Source: Trichosphaerium sp. ATCC 40318 (lineage: Eukaryota; Protista; Tubulinea). Taken from it: a stretch of DNA of 64,000 nucleotides. Both the position numbers and the translations under genes were made by a program. The DNA is taken from positions 774,758 to 838,757 of the forward strand of contig JALMLS010000064.1 of assembly GCA_038496445.1 (NCBI GenBank), given 5' to 3'. Below, piece by piece: positions 1-13,797 of this stretch. Position 1 is the first letter of the stretch, and every line of letters begins with the position of its first letter. Below the pieces are notes generated by a model. That model saw only the letters and a program-made list of their open reading frames with translations. It was not told where the DNA came from and ran no database searches.

Positions 1-561
1 AGTATCACCAAAGAAACGTAAAAGGCGTACAACGGAGAAACAGAAAGGAAAAACTTCGAAATCATAAAAAAAAAGCAACAAAATTGTATTAATAACATTT
101 CGCTCTACAAGAGTTCTAAATTACACAAAAACAGTGTAGAGTCATTTTTCATGAGATGTCCTATAACCTCTCATAGGCCAGAACGCCCAATACAGTCGTT
201 TCAACCACAAAATTGTTTAGTTTTGGCGGGTTTTTTGGTTTTATGTGCACATGGTGCTTGTCCGATACCAAAATAGAGCAACAGTCTGTGCCTACGTTGC
301 AAAGAAAGTAGGAGGTGGGATGAAACAACCTCCCGCCTCCAAACATGCTGTTACAAATGGACGTAATACAACTCAATATCCAATAGTTTTATCTCTACTC
401 AATTCAACACTTCTTAGTAAATCTAAGATTGCTTTTGTCATCAATCGGTATAAGACTATGTGAAAACAGACTTAAAAAAATCAGTAGCGAAATCACGTGA
501 TATAATAAAAATGTTTTTGAATCACGTGATCGCCAACTTTCGAACAAATTTGTTCAAAAAT

Positions 562-627
562 ATTTGCACCATGCAATAGGTGTGCACCCTTTTTTTTGCA
601 CTTATGTAAACTTTGCATGGTGCAAAT
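562..627. repeat. Perfect 15-bp inverted repeat upstream of the LPMO gene, next to a 14-bp palindrome and two ATCACGTGAT boxes
   Basis: ATTTGCACCATGCAA (562-576) pairs with TTGCATGGTGCAAAT (613-627); GAACAAATTTGTTC palindrome at 542-555; CACGTG at 494 and 523. Confidence 0.75.
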
Positions 628-1276
628 TTTGTTGCTTGTACCTAAGAGGCACAGTAAATGGCTCTGAGGATGGCGTTGTACTTTCAGTTTTTAACCTGTA
701 ACCAAGTTTCCGAGGTCTTCTTGCTTTCTAAGTATGCCGCTTTAATGTCGGCGATATACAAGGCCTTTCGGGGCTGTATTTCGGGTTATAACAGCCGACG
801 AAAACAAATTCTTATTTTCATGACATGGAAAGCCAGTTCACATATTGTAGACGCAAGTACGCAAGTAGGTTTAAACAAAAAGAAACAAAAAGGACACGAA
901 GTTTGATTTACAAACAAAGTGGGTGGCTATCACGAAAGACCAAAACAAAACGTGACTGTTCCTAAATAAAGCGTAACATCATTGCTACTAGCGGGGCAAA
1001 CAAATACCACGACGTACGCTACTTCTTCAAAGCCATATAAAGGCCTCTAGAAGCTAGTTTAACCAAACGTTCACCTCAAACCCAACTAAGCAAACCATGT
1101 TATCTTTTGCCAAAACTAGTTCACTTCTCCACAACGAAGCAGGCTGTCGCATCCATTCTTGGTACCCAAATACGGTAGGATTAAAATGTGTACACTGATC
1201 CATGTCATACAAATCTCATAAAACATATCCCATCACCACCAAAGCAACACCTCATCAAAAGAGCCGGACTCTAAAA

Positions 1277-2424
1277 ATGAAAGCTGCAGTATCTGTATTT
1301 CTTCTTTGCATAGTCTTTTCTTTATTCACAGTTGTTTCAAGTCATGGCAGACTGACTTCTCCTCGAACACGTGATCAACAAGCTGACAGGCCTATTTACC
1401 AACAAGACGCACCAGTACAACTCCAAAACGGTCAATACACCTCAGCTCACAGATGTCGAAACCTTCCTTTTGTAGCCACAACAGAAACCTACAACGCCGG
1501 ACAAACTTACACAGTCACGTGGGCTTTCGCAGCCGCACATCCAGGAGACTGCTTCTTCTATCTTTCTTTCGATAATGAAGCGACATGGGCAAAGATAGAT
1601 CAAATCCGCGATTGTAATCTTATCGGAAGCTGGGACTTAACTATTCCTTCATGGGTACCTAGTGGTCAAGCTGTACTTCGATGGGAATGGTATTCACTTC
1701 AACAAGTTGTTAACGTTGAGTACTATCTTCAATGTGCCGATATAGTCATTGCAAACGGTAATAGTGGCCCTGTATCTTGGACACCTGTTGTTACAATACC
1801 TGGACATCTTCCTCTTGATGCTGGTCAATACAGAAAAGTATACGAACCAAACGCTCCTTTCTTCTACACAGGACCTGCTATAGCAACATTCACTGGATCT
1901 GTACCTCCTCCACCACCGACACAACCTTCTTCCACTCCTGCGCCTCCTCCACCTCCACCACCTCCACCAACAAATGCTCCACAAGCTCAATCAGCGTTTT
2001 GCCCTACTGTATCTGATGTATCGATAGCCAGTAAGTCCTTTTTTTTTCTTTGAGTTGTGCACTATCTAACAGAACGGCACTTAGATTATGGGTCAAGCAT
2101 GAACGTAAATGTTAAGCTTACTGCACCTTCTTCTGGCGCTCCTGTTACTTCAGTTCGCTTACGCCAATTATCACCTGCAGGCGCTGCTGCTACCAGTTGT
2201 TGGTCATCTACTGGGGCAGTAGTTGATGGAAGTACTACAGAATCTGGCACTAAAATTGTAAACGATTTCTAATTGTTACACTTGTGACTTATGTTCACCT
2301 TTAGATTACATTTTACCAACCTTGGGCTGCTGGCACAGAAAGAGCTGTTATAGGATGCAGTTGGGATAATGGAGATGATAATCTTGCTGTATCTGTAATT
2401 GAAGCAAACGGCAATGCATGTTAA
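1277..2424 (+). CDS. Secreted lytic polysaccharide monooxygenase (His-brace LPMO, family uncertain, AA11-like) with Pro linker and C-terminal CBM2-like module; 2 introns
   Basis: Signal peptide ending VVSS|HGRLTSPR gives a mature N-terminal His; second His in AAAHPGDCFFYLSFD; LRWEW...EYYLQCADI motif; poly-Pro linker; spliced C-terminus ends IEANGNAC*. Confidence 0.85.
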
Positions 2425-2603
2425 TAAAATAAATAAATAGTACTACACCAAACAGTAATGTGATTGGAATAAATTAGTGAAACAAAGTTGCTAACATCAC
2501 TCCCATTGTTATGAATTTCTTTTATTTTTTTTAAGACTTCTTTTACATTAAAGTTCTTGTCTGTTCTTTTACGTTCAAGTACATGTTAAATTGGCACAAA
2601 TGA

Positions 2604-5600
2604 TTAGATGAGAGAATCTTCGCCATCATTCTAACATAAAAAATAAGCAAGGCAAAAAACAAACTTTGGGGTTCGTTTTGTCTTGTATACGTACGTCATC
2701 ATCTAATGAAATATCTGCTGTATCGTCAGCAGGTGGTTTATCGTTTGTGATGATAACATTACCTTCATCATCGTCAAGCAAGCCAGTGGCAGCTAAAATG
2801 AAAGAAAATTAACAACAAAAATAATTACTCCAAAAAAAACTTGATTAAAAAACTTACCTTCTTGTTCAACTGGTTGGTAAGTGTGGTCGCTATCTGAGAG
2901 CTTGAATAATCCATGTATCCATGTCTTAAATCTGAAGACAAAAACAAATCAGCATACACGAAAAGACCGGCAATGTTTTTCGTAGAAAAAAAAAACATAA
3001 CGTACCCATCGTTTCTCATGTAAAAGAATACAAAGACACCAATACCAATTACAACAGCGAGAATGAATAGAACAAATAACCAAACTCCCCAATGGGTATT
3101 TTTAATTACGTCAGGAATAAGGCTACCAGGCTAATAGTAATTGTAAGACAACATTGACAAAAAAGCTCAGAAAAAAACCAGTTCCTTGACAAACGTACAG
3201 AATCTGGGCGTGTAGAGCATGGAATGCGTCCTTTTGGCATTGCTTCAGCGCCAGACATTGTATCAGAGCACCTGTTACCTTCTTCAAGACGATAACCAAC
3301 TAAAGGAAGGTGAGACAAAAGCTTCTAGAAGTAAAACCTTCCGGAATAAAAAGACGCAAAACAAAAAGACAACTTACCATCAGCGTAGTAGAAATCAGTC
3401 TTAGTAGGACAAGCATGTGCATCAGAAGGCTCAGGTAACTTTTCAAGTTGTGTCGATTCCTCAAGACATACAAAAGTACATTCCTTCTTTGCACCTTGTC
3501 TCTCATAACAAGTATCACTAGAAAACATATCAGAAAAAGTTGTTCACAACTAACACAATTTCTTCTTGCGTACCATTCATAATCGTAGTCCTTGCAAGGA
3601 CATACACCTCCTACAGTGGTAATAGCAGGCTTCTTGATACCATCATAACACTCAACACCAGGCTTACGACGAGTGTACGTCAAGTGCTAAAGAAAGTTAG
3701 TTTTCACATTCAAAAAACCTTATAGTTCTTTCTTGCTTTAAGTTCTTCTAAACTAGATAACGTACCATTCCATTGGTACAATCTTGTCCACCAAATTCAG
3801 GTGTCCATTCTTCATAATCAGTTTGTTTACAAGGTGTTGACAAAGCTTCGGTGAAATCTAATTTAACGATGACTGATTTTCCTTGACGGATGCCATAGAG
3901 AATGAACTTTCGTGAATTGAAAAACTTAGCAACACGGATATTAGCAACATCAATAGGTAGTGCTGTAAATTGACATTGTTTAAAAGTATGACCGTGATCA
4001 AGCGTAAACCTAAAGTAAGGAAAAGTCAGTTTTTTGTTGTTCTTACAAAAAATCGGTTTTTAAAACTTTGGCTCTCGTACAAAATCTCGTTTGTATCTTG
4101 CTCCTTTGTAGCAAGTACAATTATACTACCATGATCACCAATTTCAGGCATCCAAAGACCCTTCTTTAGTTCAGTCCAGGAGTTACCACCTAAGGGTGAG
4201 TTGAGTCAAAAATATCAAAAGAAAAACGAGAAAAAAACCTTCAAATAAAAGACATACCATCATTAGTAAAGTAAGTATTGGCATCTGTACGTGCAGTTGA
4301 TAATCTTGCTCCGTGGTTACCAGTAGCAATCATCATACCAGGTGCACTCTCAACAGTGTATGTGTAACCAAACTCGAGCGATGCATAGTCAGTACCAAGC
4401 CATCTGTTTCCGTGTAGGTTCAATGAACAATGTGGTCTATTGCAGTTCAAGGTAATACCATTTGCATCTTTTTCAGGTGCAGGAAGGTTAAACCAACGAG
4501 AACCTATGAGAAAAAGAGAAAATTAGAGTCACATAAGACTACAACTGTTAAAAAAACATACCATCATTGAATGTATGGTATGTGCGGACAATATCAGTTG
4601 CAGCAGGATATTTTGTGTTGTAATCAACCTCAAACCTGTTGGCTAGGTACACATTTTCTAGACCTTCCCAACGGTTAAAGTGGTAATCTCTTTATAATAA
4701 AGTCAGTTGAGCAAAACGACAATATCTTGATGTATACGTACTCCAAGTGGTCAAAAATCTCTGTGAATTGTTGATCCTCATCATTACTTTTAAATAAATC
4801 GCTGTACGATTGGGATCCATCTTGAGGAGGGTTCTTATGGAGCAATTGAACAATAACACCCTAGTTTATAAAATTTAACAAATTGCTTTGTAAAACAATT
4901 TCTATCGTATCGTACATCTTCAAAGGTACGCTGTGGTTGTACAATACCATAACGTAAACCAGGATCACTAAGATCTTCTTCTGAAGGGAACCAAGCTGTA
5001 GTCCAAGAAATACCACCATCTAAGCTAAACTTCAAGTCTGTGGCAGACTCTGTCTCTGAACGAAGCTAAAAAAATTACATCAACAAATAGACCCACAAAA
5101 ATAAGTGTATTAAAATGTTTTACCTGCTCAATGACAAAGTGGTCTCTGTGCTTATCGTTGCCTTGAAGATAGAAAGTAAGCACACAAAGCAGCTAAAGTC
5201 GTTACCTTTCAAAATTCTCCAAGCTACGACATGCTCAGCTATGACGTTTATTGTCTTGAAGTAATCCGTTGTACGGATTAATTGATTATTCCATTTGTTT
5301 ACAGTAGCTCCTGGGGTCACGTACTGTGCGTACATAATAGGCTAATACGAATAGTCTAGTAAGCAAACAAAGAACTATAATTATAACTAGGATCAGCCGT
5401 ACAGTGGTAGCAGTTTCATCATTTGACCAAGAAAGAACTTTGAAAGAAAGTGAGTTTTGAAATGATGTAGCGTTGACCAAAGGCTTCCAAGTGGCCATAG
5501 CATCGTCAGTATAAAAGAACTCTTCGATAAGACCTGATTTACGCTTGAGTGAATAAGCGACCCTAAAAAGAACGAGTTAAACCAAAAAGGCACGTATAAC

Positions 5601-6504
5601 AGCAAACAAACTAAAGAGGACAACTCTGATGGATCCAAACGAAAGTAAAAAAAAATGGTGTACACTTACTCGGCATGGGAAGGGCACAAGGAAGTACCAG
5701 AACCGTAGGCTGGGACCTTTACAGTATCTGGGCGAATAGCTTGGAATGTTTTAAGACCATCATTTGTGTAGTAAACGAGGTTAAGGCTTGAAGTCGTCTT
5801 TGCTTTAAACCAAAGCTAGAAAAAAAAATTTAGATTGAAAGAAAGATTAATTATTTCTTTGTGGCTTAAAAATAAATGTATTCGCCGTTTTGTTCTTACG
5901 TGACCGTCTGAGTTAGGGTTTTGTTTAATCTCCTGAATTCTGTGGTCTTCAAAATTTTCTTTTGTCACGTTTTGCCATGTGTTACCCTAATTACGCGTCG
6001 CGTAGTTTAAGTACGTATTTCTTACGTTTGAAAGGGGAAAAATGTGTGTTTACCTCATCAGGACTACGGTAAACCATACCATCAGTTGTCATGATAAATA
6101 CAATCTAGTACGCATTGTTAGTGTTTTGACGCATATACGGGTAAATTAAAAGAAGTTTAAAGATTGATAGAAGGGAATAGTTTTAAAACAATTCTGGGGT
6201 TATGGGTACACGAAGAGAACTGTTAGTACATACTTGGTTGTCGATTGGGTTACCATTTTCCCTGTCTTGAACAAAGAAAACTTGCCAGTGGTTTATTTTT
6301 GAGTCCTCATGCAAGTCAAACTACAACGTATGTTAGCGACAAACTTTTTTCAAATCAAAAATCAAACTGATCAATAAAACAACGTACCTCTGATATTTTT
6401 ACTTTATGATCCTCGCCACAGTTCGTTATTTGAGCAAACGACGCTACGAAGCAACAAAATAACGCTAGTAACGCTAAATCCCGCGTATATTGGGAAGACA
6501 CCAT
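2604..6504 (-). CDS. VPS10: Vps10/sortilin-type lysosomal sorting receptor, multi-exon
   Basis: Signal peptide; Asp-box repeats (YRSPDEGNTW, FSLDGGISW, YFTNDG); C..PHCSLNLHG and APGMMIATGNHG motifs; 10CC Cys-rich region (CPCKDYDYE); single TM; acidic dileucine-like C-terminus EDSLI*. Confidence 0.88.
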
Positions 6505-6744
6505 TCTACGTGGTACAGCTCACTCTTACTATGGTTTCGCAGTTATTTGGGTTAAGTACAACGCGCTTAAAGTACACAATTTATTACTCCGCTCTAACGG
6601 CACTACATTGACACTTTCTCACAAAATTTATAAATTTTTAAACTCTCAACATCAAATATTTGATTGTATCAAGATTAATACAAAGCTTATAGAAAGGTAC
6701 ATCACGTGCTAGTATGAAAAAAAAAAAACTGTAACATTGTTATT

Positions 6745-8445
6745 TTACAAGTGTTGTTCAATATTTTTTGGAGCTAAAAGCACATGCTTGTCTCCTTTAT
6801 AAAACATTACTACACCCTTATATGCTGTTCTTGGTATACCAGCCTTTTCATCATTCATTAACCCAAGCTTGGTAAGCTGATTCTTTAGTTCGCGGAACTT
6901 GTTGTAATGCCATATAAGGGTTTGTTCTTTTCTTGATTCAACCTCTCCCATACTAGTTATAGGCGTGGCACTGCGTACAAGTTTAGCAAACGTTTTATCA
7001 TAGTTTTCCTAGATACATCCTTAGTAAAGCCACAAAGGATGAGTAGTAAAGTACTTTTTCCAAGTATGTAAGATCCTTTGTTGTCCATGAAACATATTTA
7101 TCATTTAATTTGATTTTAGATAGATACTTATTAAAGAACTGCCCTGCGCTTGCTCCCTTTACACCAAATGTTTTTGTTCTTGATATCTCAGGTCTAATAC
7201 AATCTCTACCCTAAACAAAACGTCAACAACAACGAAGACAACCAAGATACAAATAGAAGAAAGTCAAATTGCAACGTACTTGGCGTTGTTTTGGTTCTCT
7301 TATCCAATCATCCCAATAACCACCAGGCCATTTATCCCTCCATTCATTCCATATGTCATCAGTAATCATCCAACCCAAACCAGGGAAAAAATTGCTTCTC
7401 TCAAGTACTTCTAAACGCAAAGAAAAAAAAAGGTAAATAATTGACACTCTGACTACTCATTGAGAATACCAGCGTCTTTGACCATTCCATTTTGTCCGTT
7501 ATCATTCCAAGCGGATGCACAAAATAAAGTTGGATCCTTTCGCAATAGAGGCGCCATTGCTTCAAAATACTCAAAAAAATCAGGTGCTATTTCTAAATCC
7601 TCTACATCGCTTGAGTTAGCGTTAATCGTATTTTAAATGTACCTTCTACTATAACAATACTCTCATACTTCATAGTATCAAAGACGTTACGAAAAATATA
7701 CCCGTAGTGTTGTGCAATATAATAATAAACTTTCTTCTCTCTCATAGGCTTCTCAAGCTTTGGAGCATCTCTTAAAGCATGCTATTATAACTGCGTTAGT
7801 GGTATTAATAAGCAGCGCAACGCAAACCTGTATATGAGTGAATTTGTATTGCTTTTGTAACTGACGGATTTTATGAGCGACCTCTGGCTCATCAGAGTCT
7901 TGTGATACAAAAACAGCGAAGCGTGGAGTAACATGCCTAACAAACAAACGTGAGAGACACTCGTTAAAATTATCCCTACTTTGAAATACTGTCTAAGCAT
8001 CTCTTGAGGTATTCCACGCGATTGTAGGTCACTATAACGAGTGGAATTACCCTATCTCGAAGCTGAGGTGAAGCGGCTTGATTTGAAACTCCTGATACGC
8101 TATGTTATTACTTTGACGCATCAACGCAGTTTCTTAGGCGTATTTGATAACTCGCCACGTTGTATAAAATAAAAGTGTCATAATCGTGCCTGCTTTGCGT
8201 AGTTGGTTTCCTAGCTCGAGTTTACAAGCGCCACGTTCATGTTGGCATTTGCTCAAATCAGCTTGAATTTGCTTACGAAGCTTAAATTCTGTGTGCAGCT
8301 CATCCATTAGCCCTCTAATGTCTCCAGACGCGTTACGCTCCGCCAATGAAGTAAGATTCGTTTGTGTCCAAATAAACCCAATAAAAACCAACGCAACGAG
8401 TATTATGAATACTACCCTCCACGTTTTTGGTGTAGAGCGAAACAT
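6745..8445 (-). CDS. MGAT1: Alpha-1,3-mannosyl-glycoprotein 2-beta-N-acetylglucosaminyltransferase (GnT-I, GT13), multi-exon
   Basis: Type II TM plus coiled stem; [66 protein letters not shown] motifs. Confidence 0.93.
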
Positions 8446-8698
8446 GGCGTCAAGATTAACTACACTACATCAGGTGCAAAGCTAACGCTCCCAGAACTCT
8501 TTTTAGAGTATTTGCCCCTCAAAACTAAGCACTGGCTGAAACTCTTGGCTTGTTCTGTACAAAATGTCAGAAGCATGGCGAGATATACTGTGAGTGTCGT
8601 AGCAGTGCCCAAAGTAGTTTTTATCTCAGTTCTGGACTTTCCAAAAGGGGATATCTGATGCAATAAAACAGAATTTTGAATACAACACCAACTCCGCA

Positions 8699-9270
8699 AT
8701 GTACGTCGCTGTTAACTATTACCCTTACTTACGTTGTGTAGGTGCGACCTCAACTGCTTCTTTGCTAATCTATCAAAACAAGAGGACCCTTTAAAAGGTC
8801 ACGACTACCGCGAAATAAAAGAAATACTGGAAGATAGAACAGTCTATGCTAACTTTGAAGCATTTTTAAAGACATCAATGTCCGAGGCTAATCTCCACTT
8901 CTATCAAGACACCTGCAACTACACCACCCTCGCAGACGCAGAAGACACGCCAAAGGAGAAGCTAGTAGAAATTGGTCTTCACATTTGTAACAAGTACGCC
9001 TGAAACATACTTTGCACTATGGTATACGCTACTTTAAGTGTCTTGTACCATTTTCGAATTCTGTGAGCGTTATTTAGCTAACCCGCTGTTAATAGGCACT
9101 TGGGACTTGGAGATAATGACGAAACTATGTATATTAGTATTGAGGAACTTGAATGCGTTAACAAGGCGTACAAAGCCAAGAACTTCACACGACTTACTTT
9201 TGAGAATGCAAGACTAGAGATCGAAGCAATTCTAAAGACAAAACTATTAGAGTTTGCAAAATCGCTCTAA
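8699..9270 (+). CDS. Small stand-alone RGS-domain protein; 2 introns
   Basis: EILEDRTVYANFEAFLKTSMSEANLHFY and ICNKHL...FENARLEIEAILK match the RGS fold; start codon modelled as AT|G across intron 8701-8741. Confidence 0.8.
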
Positions 9271-9752
9271 ATGTAATTTATTTGCGCTGCAATAACATCT
9301 GTTGACAGACATAATCACTGGGCTTCCAAAACTACAAGCTGTATTTTCTTGTGGCCTACTTGATTCAAAAAAAGAATAAAAATCCTAAAACATGTACAAT
9401 GTGTACTAGTAGCTCTACATCGCTTTTTTTACGCGTATTTTTCGCCCTCTAAGTCTGTTTGAGATACTTTCCGGGCTTTGACAAATAGCGAATTGTTTTT
9501 TTTGATTACGTGGACATGAAACGCTCTAAGAACCTCTCGCATTTAAAAACACGAAGTCCAAAGTCCTGAAATATTACTTTGTATTCGAACAATACTTGAG
9601 TACTGATGATAAAAGTCTAAATTTATTTTACGTAGATCTATTTACAGAGCATTAAAGGCGCGTTGGTAGTTTACAAATACGACAGCTTGGTTTGTCACCC
9701 TTCATGATAGTGTACAAAAGTGCATCTAAGTATGCACTTGACTCTAGAACGC

Positions 9753-9977
9753 TCAAGAGAGCAGTCCGAAGAGTTTCATTGTTTCCACTGGCAACGTAAC
9801 AGGCGCAAAGAGTGTACCAACAAGGATGGCCAAAAAATACAAGCAAAGCGTAGTTACTAGAGTCTCGGTAGGTGGGCGATCGGTTATAGCTGAAAAGTTT
9901 GCTAGGGCTGTGTATAGGCCACCTATTGTCATCGTTCCTACTACATAGCAACCAGCAGCTAGAAGTATAAATGACAT
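9753..9977 (-). CDS. Small two-TM hypothetical protein
   Basis: 74-aa ATG-started ORF with two hydrophobic segments, divergent from the 10110 gene; no family recognised. Confidence 0.35.
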   Translation of the reverse strand: MSFILLAAGCYVVGTMTIGGLYTALANFSAITDRPPTETLVTTLCLYFLAILVGTLFAPVTLPVETMKLFGLLS

Positions 9978-10109
9978 CGTGTGTTGGCGTTGTATCTTGG
10001 TTTCTTATTAAGTCTAAGTACATTTTGTTCTTAAGTTACATCTCAACCGATCTACAATCGAAGCTGCAAGTTGGTGTTATTTCCTTCATTAAGTTTCCGA
10101 GCGTCTTGA

Positions 10110-13100
10110 ATGTTTGCGAAAATAGGGTTTTGGGCTGTTCTTTCATTTCTAGTTGTATTATTCGTTCCACAAGCTGTACTTTGTCAAAGTGCATGTAGTC
10201 TGTACGACTTTGGCGGTTCAATAGATAAAATAGCTGCCATTGCTTTCGAAAGTGATGGCACTTATTGTGTGTACTCAAAAGTAGATTTTATTTTAGGTCC
10301 ATCGCTGAGTGCCGGGTACGTACAACTACAATATTCCGAAACTTCTTTTGTAGATGTTGATTTTATTACTAGCAACATAGCACAGAATGGCAGTTGTGCT
10401 TTCGCGGAAATTTTACACAATGCATACGAACCATATTCTATTGCATCTTGTGGTAAATTCTCTGCCATTCTCATGGACAACTTAACAATTGCAATCTACA
10501 AACGAGTCAATACTAGTCTTAATTTCCATACGAAATTAACAATTCAAGATGTACGCAAAAACTGTCAGTGTCATCTCTTTGATATCACTATTTCCCTTGC
10601 TTAATATTGCACTAGACGAAAGCTATGGGATTCTTTAATGGTATAATGAATGGTAAAAGTGGCATTCTAGTAGCTACAACAACACTAGGAATAATCCGTT
10701 ACTCAATAACAGAAACAAAGTTTCTTGCTACTTTTTATGATTTCATGCCGGAATGGATATTAAATCCACCAGGGAAACCTACCTCAGTTTTTTTTGATGG
10801 GCAATATTGTATTGTACAACCTTGACTTTTTTTTTTGATTTTAATCCTTTCCTCTAACATTACTGTAAAAGGTTACTTATAGTACCTCAGTTATAATACA
10901 AGGAAACAACGACATAGACCTTATAACAGCCAGTAATTTGGTTGGTGCTACTGTACTACCATCGTTTTCTAATGAGATATGGTTTATTATCGAGAGTGAA
11001 GGCTTACATATTGGGACTGATGATTGGGTTAATAGGAACCAAACTGTGGCTATTCTTCAATCAAATAGCTTATATAAACATAAATACAACCCTCGACAAT
11101 CTTACACGGTTGGTAATTGTGGTATATCCACTCATGATGATTGCTTGTTTTTGATTGCTAATGATACTGAAGAATCGGACTCATCTAGGTCAGTATACAG
11201 AGTGATGCCTTATCATAACTCTGTAGCTATTACACAACTTTCACCTACAGTATTTGCGCCAAAAGATCAATTTGTGATGGTTTTTGCTGTGCCTAATGAT
11301 ACGCTATTATTATATGACGAAAAACTTAATATTATCACGTGGGATTTAAACTTACCTAAGGGATTCATGTATAGAGATGGAGGTAAAATAGTACCTTGTC
11401 CAAAAGGGACGTATAAAAGCAATGATGGTCCTGGTATTTGCTTGCTTTGTAATCCTGGTACTTGGCAACCAAAAGAAGGATCAACATCATGCTTACCTTG
11501 TAAAAAAGAGCAAGCTTGCAGAGGCGGAACATTTGTCTATGAAATTCCACAAGTGTATCCGCTAAGTACCTCATTATTCTATCCCTTTCCAAAAACTTAT
11601 GTTGAGTCTTTACAAGAACAGTTTCTCTCTGCTATAACAACACCAAAGTCACCTGGGCTATTCACTTTCTTCATCATACTTTGTGTATTGGTAGTTTCTG
11701 TTGGCGTAACAGCTTCAATTCTTAAGTGTTGTGGCTGCGGCAGCAACATGTTAGTTGTTGTTGTTCGTGCTCTTGACACAAATCAACAAAGTAAATGGAG
11801 ACCAGATGGACCACCTACATGGCATGGCGATATCTTGGGAGGCTTGATAACAATAGCCATGATAGGGCTATGCATTTTAGTTTTGTATGCTGAGTCGCAA
11901 GTCTATTGTAGTTATCAACCATTACCTTTTAAATACGGTATTCAGCACCCATCCAAGCTAGCAAAGCGTACAAGATCTATAAGAAACGCTCAAGCTATAT
12001 TCGATTCTGATGATGTTAATATCTTTTATCAGTATCTGAAAGAGTACGAGATACAATTATCATGATGCTAAGTTAAGCTAAAATTAATATATTCATTTTT
12101 TTTAAGGTCTGTTCATTTAGATGTAACTGTCACGTGGTATTCTCTTCTGATATTTTACTAATTGCTATTGTTAATATGTATTCAGGCACAACTTATTTAG
12201 CTTTGACCCTGGATGTATTCCTAGAATCGTTAGGACAACTGCTACTCAGGAAATCATATCACAGAATTTAAATGTCACAACTGGAGCGTAAGATTGTTGG
12301 AGCCCTTTCCTTCACTTACCTATGGATAGATTCACTTACCGCACGTCTGTGGAATCATCCCAAAGTAGAATACAACTGCTAAATTGCGATGTGTTCTATA
12401 CCCATATTGACGTGCAATTTTACGCAATCCAAAAGCATGGTACACTACAACTATTTCAACTTCTTGACATTAGCAATGTTACACAACTACTTGTTAACTC
12501 ATTTCCAAAACCCAATGTGTTGTAGAACAGATTCAAGCAAGCAGCTTCGTTGAATCTTTTAGCATGAGCTACATGACAACTTACCCTGACTAACTTGTTT
12601 AATAGCAACTGTAGCTACAATTCATTTTGTAGAAAATAGCGGATCATATATGCCAAAGTTAGATCATAAAATTGTAGCTACAGCTACAGGTGTTGTACGA
12701 ACAACAACAACTACATATGGTAGTAAACAAACAGATGGTATGTTTGTCGCTGTATTTTCAAAAAAAACATACTTTTAACATTTCGTTGCTAAGGTTACAT
12801 TGGTCTAACTGCAGAGGTATCTCCCAACAACAATCAACCTTTGAGTTCAAATGTTGCAACAATACTGAATTATATGGTTCTAGCCAACACTCAAGGTAAG
12901 TACAGTCAGTGCTGCACATAAGTGATATTGCATTTTCCAAGAAAACCTGTTAAGTTCTTTTGAAAAACCAACTCATTTGCGTACCCCAGTATTTGATTAG
13001 ATGTGTGGTTGACTAACATGTGGGTTTTTTTTGTAGTTTATTCATTGATATGCATGTTGATGCAAATCTTTTTCGTGAGATTGAAGAACCATACTTTACG

Positions 13101-13377
13101 CTGTATGCATTGTTTGGTGCTATTTTATTTTTGTTTACTATAATCTACAATGTCGGTACTGTTACAAATCTATTAAGTAAGAGGTTTAAGAGCCTTATTA
13201 AGAAGTGTACTTGTTGTAACAAACATTTCAAAAAAACAGAGGTATGAAACGAAAGGGAGAAAAAAGAAAGAATGCAGAATGCTTCAGAGAAACAGTTTTT
13301 TTACTTATAATCATTCACGTGCTAGCTACCTTAAAACAACTTACTTTTATTTTGTGTAGTATGATGTGATACAATAG
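10110..13377 (+). CDS. Large membrane protein: signal peptide, ectodomain, GCC2/GCC3 (ephrin-receptor-like) Cys repeat, three TMs; multi-exon
   Basis: Signal peptide; PCPKGTYK...CLLCNPGTWQPKEGSTSCLPC repeat; TMs at FTFFIILCVLVV, LGGLITIAMIGLCILVL and YALFGAILFLFTII; last exon uncertain (13247 or 13377). Confidence 0.7.
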
Positions 13378-13797
13378 ACATGTACAGCATAAAACGGGTG
13401 ATATACAAATGAATGCAAATGGTTGTAACTAGTGTAATAAATTGTTTTTGAAACTCTAGCATCAACTCTTCAATTGGAGAAAGTCCAACTGTGTACATAG
13501 TGCATCTTTAAATTTTCGATACGAGAAGGATTTGAAGTACTGAACTTCATGATGACAAGATATGGGCAAGATCACTCAGCGGCAAACCCGTGACTTATGT
13601 GCAAGCTGTTTAACGGCCTCTGGAGAATAGTACATACAAGACTTAACTTGAGATGTACTATATCCCAGTTTGTCAAGAAGGTTCTTTACCAACAGCGTGT
13701 GAGCTTGTTATTGTTTGTAAAGTTATAGGTCGTTTGCTCTTCATGATTGCTGTGCTGTGATGTTTAATATTATTACAGGAGTATTATAACTTGAAAG

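Noticed and set aside
161-906. Short ORFs at the left edge
   Set aside because: No motifs or supported splice structure; probably intergenic
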